DNA from: a virus
IMG/VR virus record: IMGVR_UViG_3300042896_001274
Coordinates: 4,035 to 68,034 of that record
DNA: 64,000 nucleotides
Strand: one strand, 5' to 3'
Shown: one piece after another, positions 1 through 9,076 of the stretch
Layout: each line of letters starts with the position of its first letter
Numbering within the stretch: the first letter of the stretch is position 1
Notes under the pieces: generated by a model
Seen by the model: the letters and a program-made list of their open reading frames with translations, nothing else
Databases searched by the model: none
What the model was told of the DNA's origin: nothing
Translations under genes and position numbers: made by a program

Positions 1-162
1 GGTCAAGATGTTGTAAAAGACACGGGGATCCCCTCCGGTCTCACTAAATTCACTTAGGAATATCACAGGGGTCGGCACATCATACCGGTGAGGATCTTGT
101 CCCTTAACCCATCCAACAGGATAACTGTGACTCCAAACAAGGATCATGTCACCAGGATTCAT
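1..162 (-). CDS. small xPGD-motif SH3/KOW-like protein, truncated by window edge
   Basis: Manual translation MNPGDMILVW...YNILT, open to the window edge; TAGTAT-N6-ATG upstream. Confidence 0.7.
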   Translation of the reverse strand, partial: MNPGDMILVWSHSYPVGWVKGQDPHRYDVPTPVIFLSEFSETGGDPRVFYNILT

Positions 163-181
163 GATTCCATACTATCACGGT

Positions 182-421
182 TCAACCACATTTTGCACCG
201 GATGATCTAAACTTACCAAACCGATCATACACGGCCACCCTCCTCAAGGTTCCCATGTCATGTTCCCCGATGATCCCATCCGCCCACAACACCCGGTATC
301 TCCACGGAACAGAAAATGGGTGCCTCATGAGCTTCTGGTCCACAAGGACCTCAACAAGAACCCCAACCGATCTCTTGTACTCGTGGACCACAAGGTCACC
401 TGGTCCAATTCCTCCCATCAC
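182..421 (-). CDS. small xPGD-motif SH3/KOW-like protein
   Basis: GPGDLVV...VGVLV...YRVLW..G. Confidence 0.7.
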   Translation of the reverse strand: MMGGIGPGDLVVHEYKRSVGVLVEVLVDQKLMRHPFSVPWRYRVLWADGIIGEHDMGTLRRVAVYDRFGKFRSSGAKCG

Positions 422-648
422 AAGTCCCTCACCTTGATCAAGTTTTCAAACCAGAAGATCAGATGGGTGTTGATCCTCTTCATTCCTCCACCCCCAAGCA
501 AGGATACATAGGTAATATTGCGGGGCCACACTGGACGTTCCACCTTCAACAAGGTTCCCTCGTGAACATTTCCGTCCACGGTCTTGTAGTAGACATAGTC
601 ACCAAGCTCAACTTCGATCTCATTGCGGCCGTGGTAGGTGATCAACAC
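418..648 (-). CDS. small xPGD-like SH3/KOW protein
   Basis: ELGDYVY...GTLL...YVSLL; 4-nt overlap with next gene. Confidence 0.6.
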   Translation of the reverse strand: MLITYHGRNEIEVELGDYVYYKTVDGNVHEGTLLKVERPVWPRNITYVSLLGGGGMKRINTHLIFWFENLIKVRDL

Positions 649-826
649 TTAATTCCTCCATGAAAGAATCGGACACGAGCTTCACTCCCAACAAGGTCAT
701 CACATGGTAATAACCCGGATGTTTTCTTCCATCACGATCCACCATGTCATATGGTCTGAGGATCAAACCCAACCCCCAACCGCTATACACGGAAGTTGTG
801 AACCTTACAAGATCACCTGGTTTCAT
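620..826 (-). CDS. small xPGD-motif SH3/KOW-like protein
   Basis: Start reassigned to MKPGDLVRF at 826 (ATGA overlap with upstream stop). Confidence 0.75.
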   Translation of the reverse strand: MKPGDLVRFTTSVYSGWGLGLILRPYDMVDRDGRKHPGYYHVMTLLGVKLVSDSFMEELSVDHLPRPQ

Positions 827-1047
827 TCTTCCCCCACAAAATCTGGGACTGGATCGGAACTCCACTGGTTACTCCACAGATCCTCGACTCCTTGTGGACC
901 AAGAATCCTGTACTTGGAATGTAACCAGCCGCTGTGAGCTTTTACCCTTTCCAGGAACAGCCCAACCATCGGCTTCCTTCCCATCTGCACCATGGGATTG
1001 TAATCAACCTGGAACGGAGAGAAAACGTAGATCATACCCGACTTCAT
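823..1047 (-). CDS. small divergent xPGD-family protein
   Basis: MKSGMIYV...VGLFL...YRILGPQG; ATGA coupling. Confidence 0.6.
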   Translation of the reverse strand: MKSGMIYVFSPFQVDYNPMVQMGRKPMVGLFLERVKAHSGWLHSKYRILGPQGVEDLWSNQWSSDPVPDFVGEE

Positions 1048-1238
1048 ACACAACGGATCCTCTCTAGTCCGATCAACTTTACCCCTTGCCGGGTTAGAAT
1101 TTCACAGGATGGAAACGATGGTGAATAACTCGGGTGGTTCCACGGAATATTACCCAAGAAAATCCCCAAGGATGACATCACCCAGGTGTAACCGTTGAGC
1201 ATCACCCCCTCAATTCTCACAAGATCGCCTGGTTTCAT
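1044..1238 (-). CDS. small xPGD-motif SH3/KOW-like protein
   Basis: MKPGDLVRI...LGIFLG...EILTRQG. Confidence 0.75.
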   Translation of the reverse strand: MKPGDLVRIEGVMLNGYTWVMSSLGIFLGNIPWNHPSYSPSFPSCEILTRQGVKLIGLERIRCV

Positions 1239-1441
1239 AACGGCTTCACCTCACGGAACCAAATCCACCCAGACCTACCATCATTCAACATGATCTGGTA
1301 CCACTCGAGTTTGTTCTCGATCAGGACTCCCAAGGTGGGTTGTTTTCCGGTGTGAAAACTTCTCTTGGCAGAACCCCAATCCACGTTGCAACTGGCATGC
1401 GGTTCCACCTGGACAAGGTCACCTGGACGAATTGTTTTCAT
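1235..1441 (-). CDS. small xPGD-motif SH3/KOW-like protein
   Basis: IRPGDLVQV...LGVLI...YQIML.DG.SGWI. Confidence 0.75.
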   Translation of the reverse strand: MKTIRPGDLVQVEPHASCNVDWGSAKRSFHTGKQPTLGVLIENKLEWYQIMLNDGRSGWIWFREVKPL

Positions 1442-1625
1442 GGATGACCTCCATCATTGTTTCTACCTCATCCACAACCACGCCTCCCTCACACATGACG
1501 GTCCACCATTGGTGCTTCTCATCCCCCCAGGTGTTGCTACGGTCGGATTCCTTGATGATGATACCAGTCATTGGGACGCCCCAGAAACCACCCACCTTAT
1601 TCCTCACAAGGTCACCCGGCTTCAC
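1419..1625 (-). CDS. small xPGD-motif SH3/KOW-like protein
   Basis: GTG start at 1625 gives (M)KPGDLVRN...TGIII...WTVM. Confidence 0.7.
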   Translation of the reverse strand: MKPGDLVRNKVGGFWGVPMTGIIIKESDRSNTWGDEKHQWWTVMCEGGVVVDEVETMMEVIHENNSSR

Positions 1626-1815
1626 TGAGGACCTCCAACTCCTGGTCACCATTTCTCCAAACATGGTAGATGAACTTACGGCCGTCTTGTTCCAGGAGCT
1701 CCATGGTAAAATCAATTCCGCTGTGATAATCTGGATATGGATGGATAGAAATGACAACACCCACAACTGTTTTGTCACGGGCCCATTTGAACCGAATAAG
1801 GTCACCAGGTTTCAT
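1612..1815 (-). CDS. small xPGD-motif SH3/KOW-like protein
   Basis: MKPGDLIRF...VGVVI...LEVLS. Confidence 0.75.
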   Translation of the reverse strand: MKPGDLIRFKWARDKTVVGVVISIHPYPDYHSGIDFTMELLEQDGRKFIYHVWRNGDQELEVLSEAG

Positions 1816-2003
1816 GGGTCCAGGAACTCCAGTTGTCGATACAGAGAATCTAACACAAGCTTTTCCACCAATCCCTTGGTCAACCGTTTCTTCCCGGTGG
1901 CCCGGAGGATCAACCCACGAATTTCTTGATTGATTTCAAGGTGCAACGTGGCGCTACCATCCGGATTCTCTACCACCTCTACCCAGCACTTTTCTTCTTT
2001 CAT
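1812..2003 (-). CDS. hypothetical protein
   Basis: 63-aa ORF with 4-nt overlaps on both sides. Confidence 0.6.
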   Translation of the reverse strand: MKEEKCWVEVVENPDGSATLHLEINQEIRGLILRATGKKRLTKGLVEKLVLDSLYRQLEFLDP

Positions 2004-2245
2004 TTCATCACCGACACCAATGAATACCGAGCAAGGTTCTTCAACCCAGTAGGGGTAATCAAGGTTCCTTTCGAAGGGTTGATCACAACGGCAGGGAAAA
2101 TGTCAGAATCATTATTGACAAAACGGTTAGCACCAAGACCCTCCAACATGTAACCACCGTTGCCGGACTGCCGGGCAGAGGACGAAGGATAAACCAAAGA
2201 TCCCTGAGGAACTTCAGATAGATAGATGTCCGTGAAGCGGCTCAT
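2000..2245 (-). CDS. small hypothetical protein, possible divergent xPGD member
   Basis: VPQGSLVY...LITPTG; coupled ORF. Confidence 0.55.
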   Translation of the reverse strand: MSRFTDIYLSEVPQGSLVYPSSSARQSGNGGYMLEGLGANRFVNNDSDIFPAVVINPSKGTLITPTGLKNLARYSLVSVMK

Positions 2246-2448
2246 ATGACCTCCAAGTACGAGACGTGTAACATTGCGAAGTGGGTCGGCTCAGATCCTA
2301 GAGGAAGAACACGGTAGGAGTTCAGCTGGTATGCCGTATACTTCGTAAATTTCCTATGAGAAAGGGGGTCTACGACAGGTCCCATCACCACGCCCAACCA
2401 ATCACGATTGATCTTGTGCCGAACCAGGTCACCGGGCTTGACTTCCAT
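2242..2448 (-). CDS. small xPGD-motif SH3/KOW-like protein
   Basis: MEVKPGDLVRH...LGVVM...YRVL...LEVI; TATACT-N6-ATG at 2455-2460. Confidence 0.75.
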   Translation of the reverse strand: MEVKPGDLVRHKINRDWLGVVMGPVVDPLSHRKFTKYTAYQLNSYRVLPLGSEPTHFAMLHVSYLEVI

Positions 2449-2454
2449 AGAACC

Positions 2455-2463
2455 AGTATAACA
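2455..2463 (-). promoter_or_regulatory. extended -10 element (TGnTATACT) of a putative leaderless transcript
   Basis: TG-T-TATACT ends 6 nt before the ATG at 2448. Confidence 0.55.
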
Positions 2464-2483
2464 CGTGGAAGATGGGTTTTGCA

Positions 2484-2681
2484 CTATGCTTCTTTAAAAA
2501 CTTCAACAAGGACATCCTCATACCACTCGAAAACCTCTCCGGTCCCACACCTTAGAATCTTACAGGCAGGACCCCCCAATGTCTCGCTGGTCCGTCCTAT
2601 CACGAGGTACATACTTTCATCCTCGAATAGTTCGGGTTGGATCAACCTGACCATGGTCCCCGGCCGGAATCCGGAGCTCAT
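2484..2681 (-). CDS. small xPGD-like SH3/KOW protein
   Basis: MSSGFRPGTMVRL...YLVIG...CKIL; ATGA overlap at 2678-2681. Confidence 0.65.
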   Translation of the reverse strand: MSSGFRPGTMVRLIQPELFEDESMYLVIGRTSETLGGPACKILRCGTGEVFEWYEDVLVEVFKEA

Positions 2682-2956
2682 CCTGCATGAAAAGAGGCAC
2701 ACAGGATCCTCTTACCCGGCTGGTGTGCCACCCCCACGAGCTCTACCTCGACATCATCAGGATTCACCCATGAATTTGACCAACTGGCCACCGTGGGATC
2801 ATCTGTGTAACACCACTTACCGCGGTCAGGATTCCATTCCAGATCTCCCTGCGGATGGACACCCCTGGCCTCTGACTCGCCAGAAGCCACAATAATCGCA
2901 GATGAATATGTGTCATATTCCCTGTTAGAAATCTGGGAGATCCGGAAGATCAACAT
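2678..2956 (-). CDS. hypothetical phage protein
   Basis: 92-aa ORF (YDTYSSAIIVA..E..AR..HP...LCASF). Confidence 0.65.
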   Translation of the reverse strand: MLIFRISQISNREYDTYSSAIIVASGESEARGVHPQGDLEWNPDRGKWCYTDDPTVASWSNSWVNPDDVEVELVGVAHQPGKRILCASFHAG

Positions 2957-2968
2957 AGTCTCATCCTA

Positions 2969-3241
2969 TCACTCTTCACCTGGGCTTTTCACCGGCACAA
3001 CATCGCTACCGAAAAGCCAACCGACACCGGCCGGGATCAGAATCTGGATGAAGGTATCACGGTCAGGATCGCCAGGGACGCTCCACGGGGTCACCTGCAA
3101 CACCGTCCCGACCTCATCAGGTCCCCAAGGAATATCGTGTGATGACATGGGATCATCACTGGATGTGATCCAAACCGTGTCAGGTTTGTAATTGTGGACC
3201 ACTAGATCTCCAGGGATTGGTTCAAATTCAGCTTTTTTCAT
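2969..3241 (-). CDS. small xPGD-motif SH3/KOW-like protein
   Basis: PIPGDLVVH...VGTVL...IQILIPAGVGW; close paralogue of 3238-3489. Confidence 0.75.
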   Translation of the reverse strand: MKKAEFEPIPGDLVVHNYKPDTVWITSSDDPMSSHDIPWGPDEVGTVLQVTPWSVPGDPDRDTFIQILIPAGVGWLFGSDVVPVKSPGEE

Positions 3242-3489
3242 TTCGGAACAGTTCCCATGATCTGAAGTTGGCTCTCCCATATCCACCCAATTCCACTAGG
3301 AATCAATACTTTTACGTAGTTCTCAGGACCAAAGTCGGGCCCTGGGTCATCATACAACGTGAACCCAAGAACAATTCCTAGCTGTTCCTTGCCCCACTCC
3401 AAGGTGAAATCTTTCTCGGGGTCATCATCACCCGGGTCCAACCAGATCATGTCCCGATACCGATGTTTGACCAGATCACCAGGTTTCAC
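3238..3489 (-). CDS. small xPGD-motif SH3/KOW-like protein
   Basis: MKPGDLVKH...LGIVL...VKVLIPSGIGW. Confidence 0.75.
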   Translation of the reverse strand: MKPGDLVKHRYRDMIWLDPGDDDPEKDFTLEWGKEQLGIVLGFTLYDDPGPDFGPENYVKVLIPSGIGWIWESQLQIMGTVPK

Positions 3490-4754
3490 GGCTCAGACAC
3501 CACCCGATCTATGATCTCTTGTGAATACCTTAAACAGTGTTCCAGGTCAAAACAACCCTCGATCTCGTCCTTGGTGAGGTGGGTCTCGATGTCAGGATCA
3601 TGGATGATCAACTTCTTGAAAGAGACACCGGACTCATGGCTCTCCAAGGCATTCCTCTGGACCATCGCATAGGCTACCTGCCGAGGAACACCCTTATCGA
3701 CCAGGGACAGCAACACGGATTCACTGTAGATCAAACCGTTGCTGGAGTCCAGGTTCTTCCTCATCCGATCCACCTTGACCACCAGATTCTCCATGACACC
3801 GGTGATCCGCTCCAACATGTAGACCACGGTCGAGGTCGAATCAGGGGCTATGTGTCTCTCCACGGAAGAATGTGATATGTCTCTTTCATGCCACAACGGA
3901 ATGTTTTCCAGGGCAGGTTGAAGGTGGCTCCGCACCACCCGAGCCAATCCACAGAGATTCTCACTGGAGATGGGGTTCTTCTTGTGAGGCATGGCACTTG
4001 AACCCTTCTGTCCTGCCCCAAACCGTTCCTCAACCTCACCCACCTCGGTCCGTTGGAGGTGCCTTAGATTCACTGCCAATCTTTCTATTCCTCCCGCGAT
4101 GAGGGCCATGACAGAAAAATAAGCGGCATACCGATCTCGAGCCACCACTTGGGTAGATATCGTCTCGGGCCTCAACCCCAGAGATTCCAGCGCAATCTTT
4201 TCTACCTCGGGTGAGAGGTGGGCATAGGTCCCAACGGCACCAGAAACCTTTCCGACCTTGATCTCTTCTCGGGCCGACATCAACCTCTTCATGTTCCTCT
4301 TGGCCTCGGACAGGTGACCGGCCAGGAACAGCCCAAAGGTAGTGGGTTCGGCATGGATCCCATGGGACCTTCCGATCATAGGAGTGGAGGAATACTGGTA
4401 GGCCATCCGCTCCAGGACACGGATGAATTTCTCCAACCTATCCCTGATGATCTCGGTCGATTCTAGGAGCAGGAGAGAGAAACCGGTATCAACTATGTCA
4501 CTAGAGGTGCAACCCATATGGACCTTCAATGCCCGGGGTCCTAACACTTCTTCTAGGTAAGTTAGGAAGGCTATGACATCGTGTCGGGTGGTCTTCTCGA
4601 TCTCCCCTATCCGATCAACATCGAATTGGATGTCAGGAAGGTCCGGTACATGTGCCGCGGAATATATGGCTCTCTCTACGCGGTACCATGTCTCGTATTT
4701 CTTTTTTTCAGACCAGATCTCACGTGTTTCGGGACTAGAATACCTGTCCAACAT
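3486..4754 (-). CDS. purB: adenylosuccinate lyase
   Basis: RHDVIAF, HMGCTSSDI, GRSHGIHAEPTT and the GSSAMPHKKNP signature. Confidence 0.97.
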   Translation of the reverse strand: MLDRYSSPETREIWSEKKKYETWYRVERAIYSAAHVPDLPDIQFDVDRIGEIEKTTRHDVIAFLTYLEEVLGPRALKVHMGCTSSDIVDTGFSLLLLESTEIIRDRLEKFIRVLERMAYQYSSTPMIGRSHGIHAEPTTFGLFLAGHLSEAKRNMKRLMSAREEIKVGKVSGAVGTYAHLSPEVEKIALESLGLRPETISTQVVARDRYAAYFSVMALIAGGIERLAVNLRHLQRTEVGEVEERFGAGQKGSSAMPHKKNPISSENLCGLARVVRSHLQPALENIPLWHERDISHSSVERHIAPDSTSTVVYMLERITGVMENLVVKVDRMRKNLDSSNGLIYSESVLLSLVDKGVPRQVAYAMVQRNALESHESGVSFKKLIIHDPDIETHLTKDEIEGCFDLEHCLRYSQEIIDRVVSEP

Positions 4755-4763
4755 ATTTCACCT

Positions 4764-5000
4764 CTATCCTAACACTTCTACATAGTCTGAATAGGTCCAA
4801 CCGACCTGACCTTCCACCATGACCTTGATTGGGAACCACCTACCTCTGTCTCGGTGAAGCTGTCTACTTTCTAAAATGATTCCAACCTGAGATGCCGTCC
4901 AATAGAAAGAAATGTGATCGACCTCGTGATCCATGTAGTCTGGATTATCAAACATGAACTCTTCATTGTCTACCGGAACCACAAGGCTGCCAGGTGTCAT
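4764..5000 (-). CDS. small xPGD-like SH3/KOW protein
   Basis: MTPGSLVV...VGIIL...IKVMVEGQVGW. Confidence 0.72.
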   Translation of the reverse strand: MTPGSLVVPVDNEEFMFDNPDYMDHEVDHISFYWTASQVGIILESRQLHRDRGRWFPIKVMVEGQVGWTYSDYVEVLG

Positions 5001-5185
5001 AGTGTCTCCAACTGAATATATCTTGCCTTGGTCATGCCATCAGGGCCTAACAGGATGGCCGTCCAGGGATCTTCTGAATCTTGACCGATATAAACATAGA
5101 TAATTTGTCTAGATTTTTTTGTGACCCACCAGCGGACCAGCTCGCCTGGAACGAATGTGTTTTGCTTTCTTTCTGGGTTGATCAT
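4997..5185 (-). CDS. small xPGD-like protein
   Basis: FVPGELVRW...ILLGPDG. Confidence 0.6.
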   Translation of the reverse strand: MINPERKQNTFVPGELVRWWVTKKSRQIIYVYIGQDSEDPWTAILLGPDGMTKARYIQLETL

Positions 5186-5363
5186 CCTGGTGCTCTACTG
5201 GAAAAATAAGGTAAGAATTGACTTCTTCAACACCGTCTTGTGTCAAAACCAAACAGTTTTCATGAGCACCGTTTGTCACCCCGTCGTCTATGTAAATTCC
5301 CAATTTTTCTGGGACGATTTCAGGGGTAAATGATGTCACGATGATCAAGTCCCCCACTTTCAT
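5109..5363 (-). CDS. small xPGD-like protein
   Basis: MKVGDLII...LGIYI...LVLTQDG. Confidence 0.65.
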   Translation of the reverse strand: MKVGDLIIVTSFTPEIVPEKLGIYIDDGVTNGAHENCLVLTQDGVEEVNSYLIFPVEHQDDQPRKKAKHIRSRRAGPLVGHKKI

Positions 5364-5366
5364 ATA

Positions 5367-5672
5367 TCACTCGTGACCCCCAGGTATCGTGTCTCTATCA
5401 TCATCACAATAGACATCAGGATGAACATCAGGATCCATGAATCCTAAGGACAGCAACCTGTCTTCCCTGCTTCTGAGGCTGTCCATGGTTCTGTGTCTGG
5501 TATTGTGGACGTTCATAATAGAATTCAATCTTGAACAAATTCCAATCGTGTCTTCCCAGCTCACTGAGCGATAGACAACAATAAAATCCTTATCATCATC
5601 AGGGTTTCTGAGGATCACTTTTTTCTCAGGCCCATCAGGTTCGACAACGAATGGCTTAAATTCGGTGAACAT
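5367..5672 (-). CDS. hypothetical protein
   Basis: 101-aa ORF preceded by GAGGAG Shine-Dalgarno. Confidence 0.65.
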   Translation of the reverse strand: MFTEFKPFVVEPDGPEKKVILRNPDDDKDFIVVYRSVSWEDTIGICSRLNSIMNVHNTRHRTMDSLRSREDRLLSLGFMDPDVHPDVYCDDDRDTIPGGHE

Positions 5673-5680
5673 GACTCTCC

Positions 5681-5845
5681 TCAGACAGTAATCCTTGGTG
5701 CACAGGGACAGTTAATGGAAGCACAGGATCCCTGTCCCTTTAGATCAACACCACATGTTGGACAGTTTGTGATCTTACCTTCACTTAGGTAATTTTCCTC
5801 TTTGTGATGGTCTGCCACGATTGCTTTTTCTTTCTTGTTTTCCAT
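5681..5845 (-). CDS. small zinc-finger-like protein (54 aa, below the ORF-track cutoff)
   Basis: Manual translation MENKKEK...CPTCG...CASINCPC; fills the gap between neighbours. Confidence 0.55.
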   Translation of the reverse strand: MENKKEKAIVADHHKEENYLSEGKITNCPTCGVDLKGQGSCASINCPCAPRITV

Positions 5846-6035
5846 TTTCCAATTTTTCCATCATGAAATCAAGCACACGAACGGTACGGGTCCCACCAGA
5901 AATCAACACGGTATAGATCTCATCGCAATACCCTATGATCATCCCGGTGAGACCGACGAGGTCATCACCCACGGTAAAACTCATTGGATCATCTATGATC
6001 CGTATGAGATCACCTACCTGCCAAGCCTGGTTCAT
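5781..6035 (-). CDS. small xPGD-like SH3/KOW protein
   Basis: WQVGDLIRI...TGMIIG...YTVLI. Confidence 0.65.
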   Translation of the reverse strand: MNQAWQVGDLIRIIDDPMSFTVGDDLVGLTGMIIGYCDEIYTVLISGGTRTVRVLDFMMEKLENGKQERKSNRGRPSQRGKLPK

Positions 6036-6213
6036 CCTCCTCGATCTGGGCTTCAGAAACGACTCGATCCTGAATCATGGACATGAACCAAGCAAGACAC
6101 TCGAGGGATTCTGATCCGACTTCGACGGTGACGAAATCATGATTTTCATCAGTGATTCCGTGCTCATCTCGGGGAGGATCAACAACCAAACGAAGCTTTA
6201 CATTCTTTCTCAT
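6010..6213 (-). CDS. hypothetical protein
   Basis: 67-aa ORF in the operon. Confidence 0.5.
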   Translation of the reverse strand: MRKNVKLRLVVDPPRDEHGITDENHDFVTVEVGSESLECLAWFMSMIQDRVVSEAQIEEDEPGLAGR

Positions 6214-6254
6214 TTCTTATTTTCCTTTGAAACTTATTCTATAATCTACACCGC

Positions 6255-6596
6255 TCAGCTGTCGGTGTTCATGTCTTTCTTATCACCGGTCTTTCGGTAC
6301 TTCACCCACAATCCCCAAAGAACGGGAACTGCCAACCAATGAAGGCACAGTGCCCAAGAAACTGGAACTCCTGCATAAAATACAGGATGAACACAAGATC
6401 CTAGGAACATGAAGATCATAGGAAACAATACATCCTCAATGATCTCCCATCCCAAAGTTATCAACAACAACGGAAACCCACCCTCAATCACGGTCTTCTT
6501 GAGCTCTTCCAAAGAGAAATGCTCTAACTTGTGGTGAATCCTGTGTTTCAACCAACCCGGAAACCCTTTAATGAATTGAACGACTTTAGTCAACAT
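6255..6596 (-). CDS. membrane protein
   Basis: Two to three hydrophobic segments; ATAGTTA upstream. Confidence 0.65.
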   Translation of the reverse strand: MLTKVVQFIKGFPGWLKHRIHHKLEHFSLEELKKTVIEGGFPLLLITLGWEIIEDVLFPMIFMFLGSCVHPVFYAGVPVSWALCLHWLAVPVLWGLWVKYRKTGDKKDMNTDS

Positions 6597-6606
6597 GATC
6601 CAATAA

Positions 6607-6864
6607 CTATTTATTCAGATCTTCTCCGCACTCCATCCAGGTTCCTTCGATACAGAACTGTACACCAACAAAACAGCTTGTCACACCACCATGCTCGCCC
6701 AATGTCACATGACACGGTCTCTTATCACCGTTGACACAACCCTCCTCGATCGGTGCAGAACCTCCGCGAGATTGACCAACATCACCACCAAGATCAACCA
6801 CCTTAGGATCATGACTCTTGGATGAGCAACAAACCAAACACAGGAATAGAAAAAATTTCTTCAT
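6607..6864 (-). CDS. Cys-rich secreted or lipoprotein
   Basis: Signal-like N-terminus ending LVCC; C..GD.R.C...C..G.Q.C..G.W..C module. Confidence 0.6.
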   Translation of the reverse strand: MKKFFLFLCLVCCSSKSHDPKVVDLGGDVGQSRGGSAPIEEGCVNGDKRPCHVTLGEHGGVTSCFVGVQFCIEGTWMECGEDLNK

Positions 6865-7250
6865 GGAGCAGGAACAAAAACGTCTCCACCAGATGCCCTG
6901 ATGATCTTAATGAAATCTTCAAGTGATGTTCCGGCCGAGATCGGCTTCAAATCTATAGAAGAATAAGATGAAGTCTTCAACCACGGTATTTTTCCCTTGT
7001 TAATCACGACCACAGACAACTTTGTCCTAAGCTCATCGCAACACGGCTCTTCATAATCAGACTCAAATGCCACCTTCACGATCTTGTGTCTTTTTTGCTT
7101 GCCATCTTTTCCCTTGTGAGAATCATAAGGAGGCATTGAGCTGTACTCATAAGGTGTTTCAGTCCACCCATCTCCCAGCTGGAAATCTAATGAGCATGAA
7201 GTGAACCATGCCCAATTACCCTTAATATAACAGAGCTTTAAATCTTTCAT
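6861..7250 (-). CDS. hypothetical phage protein
   Basis: 129-aa ORF; TAGAAT-N6-ATG upstream. Confidence 0.7.
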   Translation of the reverse strand: MKDLKLCYIKGNWAWFTSCSLDFQLGDGWTETPYEYSSMPPYDSHKGKDGKQKRHKIVKVAFESDYEEPCCDELRTKLSVVVINKGKIPWLKTSSYSSIDLKPISAGTSLEDFIKIIRASGGDVFVPAP

Positions 7251-7282
7251 GTTGTTATTCTAACACCGTCTCGTAAATTTTA

Positions 7283-7498
7283 TCACACTCGTTTAACCCT
7301 AGAATCGACGAAGCTCTTATACTTCATGATCACCTTATTTCCAACAAGAAATTGGTATCTCAATGTCGAAGGCAAGGCCGTCTCTACAACCCCAAGAAAA
7401 ATTCCAAAAAATAAATTATTGGAAATACCGGTCCGAGATAAATTAATAATCACAGGATCACCCGGAGTCATGGAGTCATAGGTTCTCTGGGTTATCAC
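7283..7498 (-). CDS. small xPGD-like protein
   Basis: MTPGDPVII...FGIFLG...YQFLV. Confidence 0.6.
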   Translation of the reverse strand: MITQRTYDSMTPGDPVIINLSRTGISNNLFFGIFLGVVETALPSTLRYQFLVGNKVIMKYKSFVDSRVKRV

Positions 7499-8468
7499 TC
7501 CAATAAATAGTCACATCGGAACCGATTTGATTTGTAATGAAATCCTTGATTCCCATCTCTGAAGAGAATGTCAACTTCTTTCCATGATAATAAAGACACC
7601 ACATCCCAATTGACCTGAGAATGTCCATCTTTGAAACAACGAGATCGGTCACACCATTGATCCTAGCTGCTTTCACCAAATTATCAATGTCCAACCAATT
7701 ACACTGCCGTGGTCGGCCCGTAGTTGCTCCATACTCATTACCAAGCCCTCGAATCTTTTCAAAAACGGGATCATCAGGTTCGAACTTCTTCGTTCCAACA
7801 TATGTCTCATAGATCTTAGCTGCCCCATAAATCTTTCTGATCTTCTGAGGTGGAACACCATTCATCACGGCAGAACCCACTGTGCAGTGAGATGACGTGA
7901 CATAAGGATAATCTCCCCAATCAACATCCAAATAGAATCCCTGTGCTCCTTCGAACAGCACAGAACATCCCTTCTTGCCGTGGAACTCCTCATAAACATC
8001 GATCAGGTAGGGTTGCAGCTCATGGACCTCTGATGCCCTAATTCCCTTACGATCGTACTTGTCTCTGTAGGCAGGTCCGTTGCCACGCTTCGTGGTTCCA
8101 ATCTTGGTGTCACGGCCGTCCTCTTCTAGGTGAGAGCTAGTGATGATGTGGGTGTTCTTTGAAATATAAACCAAACCGTTGAGATCTATTCCACAATCCT
8201 CAAGATCATCAAGCTCATCAAAGAAATGATCCACATTCACCACACAACCAGGTCCTATGATGCTCTTTACACCGTGAAGAACTCCGGCTGGAATGCTGTG
8301 AGTCACGATCTTCTTACCGTCCTTGTAGATGGTATGACCAGCATTGTTCGATCCGTTGAATCGAACGGAATGGGTATAGTCTCCAGTTTGAACCAAAGAA
8401 TTGGAAATTTTTCCTTTTCCAGAGTCACCCTGCTGCAGATCTAAAATAACATCAGCAAAATTAATCAT
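7476..8468 (-). CDS. purA: adenylosuccinate synthetase (short type)
   Basis: GDSGKG (Asp13 retained), NAGHT, IGTTKRGNGPAY, EGAQG, YPYVTSS, EYGATTGRPR. Confidence 0.93.
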   Translation of the reverse strand: MINFADVILDLQQGDSGKGKISNSLVQTGDYTHSVRFNGSNNAGHTIYKDGKKIVTHSIPAGVLHGVKSIIGPGCVVNVDHFFDELDDLEDCGIDLNGLVYISKNTHIITSSHLEEDGRDTKIGTTKRGNGPAYRDKYDRKGIRASEVHELQPYLIDVYEEFHGKKGCSVLFEGAQGFYLDVDWGDYPYVTSSHCTVGSAVMNGVPPQKIRKIYGAAKIYETYVGTKKFEPDDPVFEKIRGLGNEYGATTGRPRQCNWLDIDNLVKAARINGVTDLVVSKMDILRSIGMWCLYYHGKKLTFSSEMGIKDFITNQIGSDVTIYWSDNPENL

Positions 8469-8479
8469 GTGTTGTTTGT

Positions 8480-8851
8480 TTAACCTTTTCGGAACATTAA
8501 ATTTTTCAGTGCAGACTTTCGAGACTCAAGCTCTCTGATCTCTTCTTCAAGCTCAAACCTCATGTCGGCCAGCTGCCGAACCCTTCGAACACCCACATCT
8601 TCTGACTCAAAATTCTTCTTATCTTTTGACATTTGTACAAAAGAACATCCGACAGAAGTGAATATGGAAACAATCGCAGTTCCCAAAAGAACCCCACCCA
8701 TGGTGTGATACTCAGGACCCATAAATCCTAGACAAACACCAATCATACCAAACACTTTGGCCAAAATAAAGAAAACAATGGCGGCCCATGACATTGATGT
8801 CATGTTCGTAAACAGTCCAGAATCTTTCATCTTACGCCTTTGACGGACCAA
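8480..8851 (-). CDS. membrane protein with C-terminal coiled coil
   Basis: Two TM-like segments and a heptad-rich tail. Confidence 0.6.
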   Translation of the reverse strand: MVRQRRKMKDSGLFTNMTSMSWAAIVFFILAKVFGMIGVCLGFMGPEYHTMGGVLLGTAIVSIFTSVGCSFVQMSKDKKNFESEDVGVRRVRQLADMRFELEEEIRELESRKSALKNLMFRKG

Positions 8852-9068
8852 ACCTCACCAGCCTGAACAACGGACCCGCACCAAAATCTTTGATGATTTG
8901 AGATGATCCTGACCTGTTGTTTCTTCCCCACCTCAAATACTTCGGGGCCGGAAACAAGTGAAAAGACCACACGGTCCCACGAAGAGGATGTTCACCCCAG
9001 ACGTTCAACACACCGTGGTGAAACAGCGAGAAATTAATCCTCGTAAATGGAATCCTAAAAGTCTTCAT
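8832..9068 (-). CDS. hypothetical protein
   Basis: 78-aa ORF in the operon. Confidence 0.5.
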   Translation of the reverse strand: MKTFRIPFTRINFSLFHHGVLNVWGEHPLRGTVWSFHLFPAPKYLRWGRNNRSGSSQIIKDFGAGPLFRLVRFGPSKA

Positions 9069-9076
9069 CTCATTTA

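Noticed and set aside
7476-8468. PurZ (2-aminoadenine, Z-genome) interpretation of the short PurA together with purB
   Set aside because: The P-loop reads GDSGKG, keeping the Asp that PurZ replaces with Ser. GATTGRPR is PurA-like, and no DatZ-like HD phosphatase is evident in the window.
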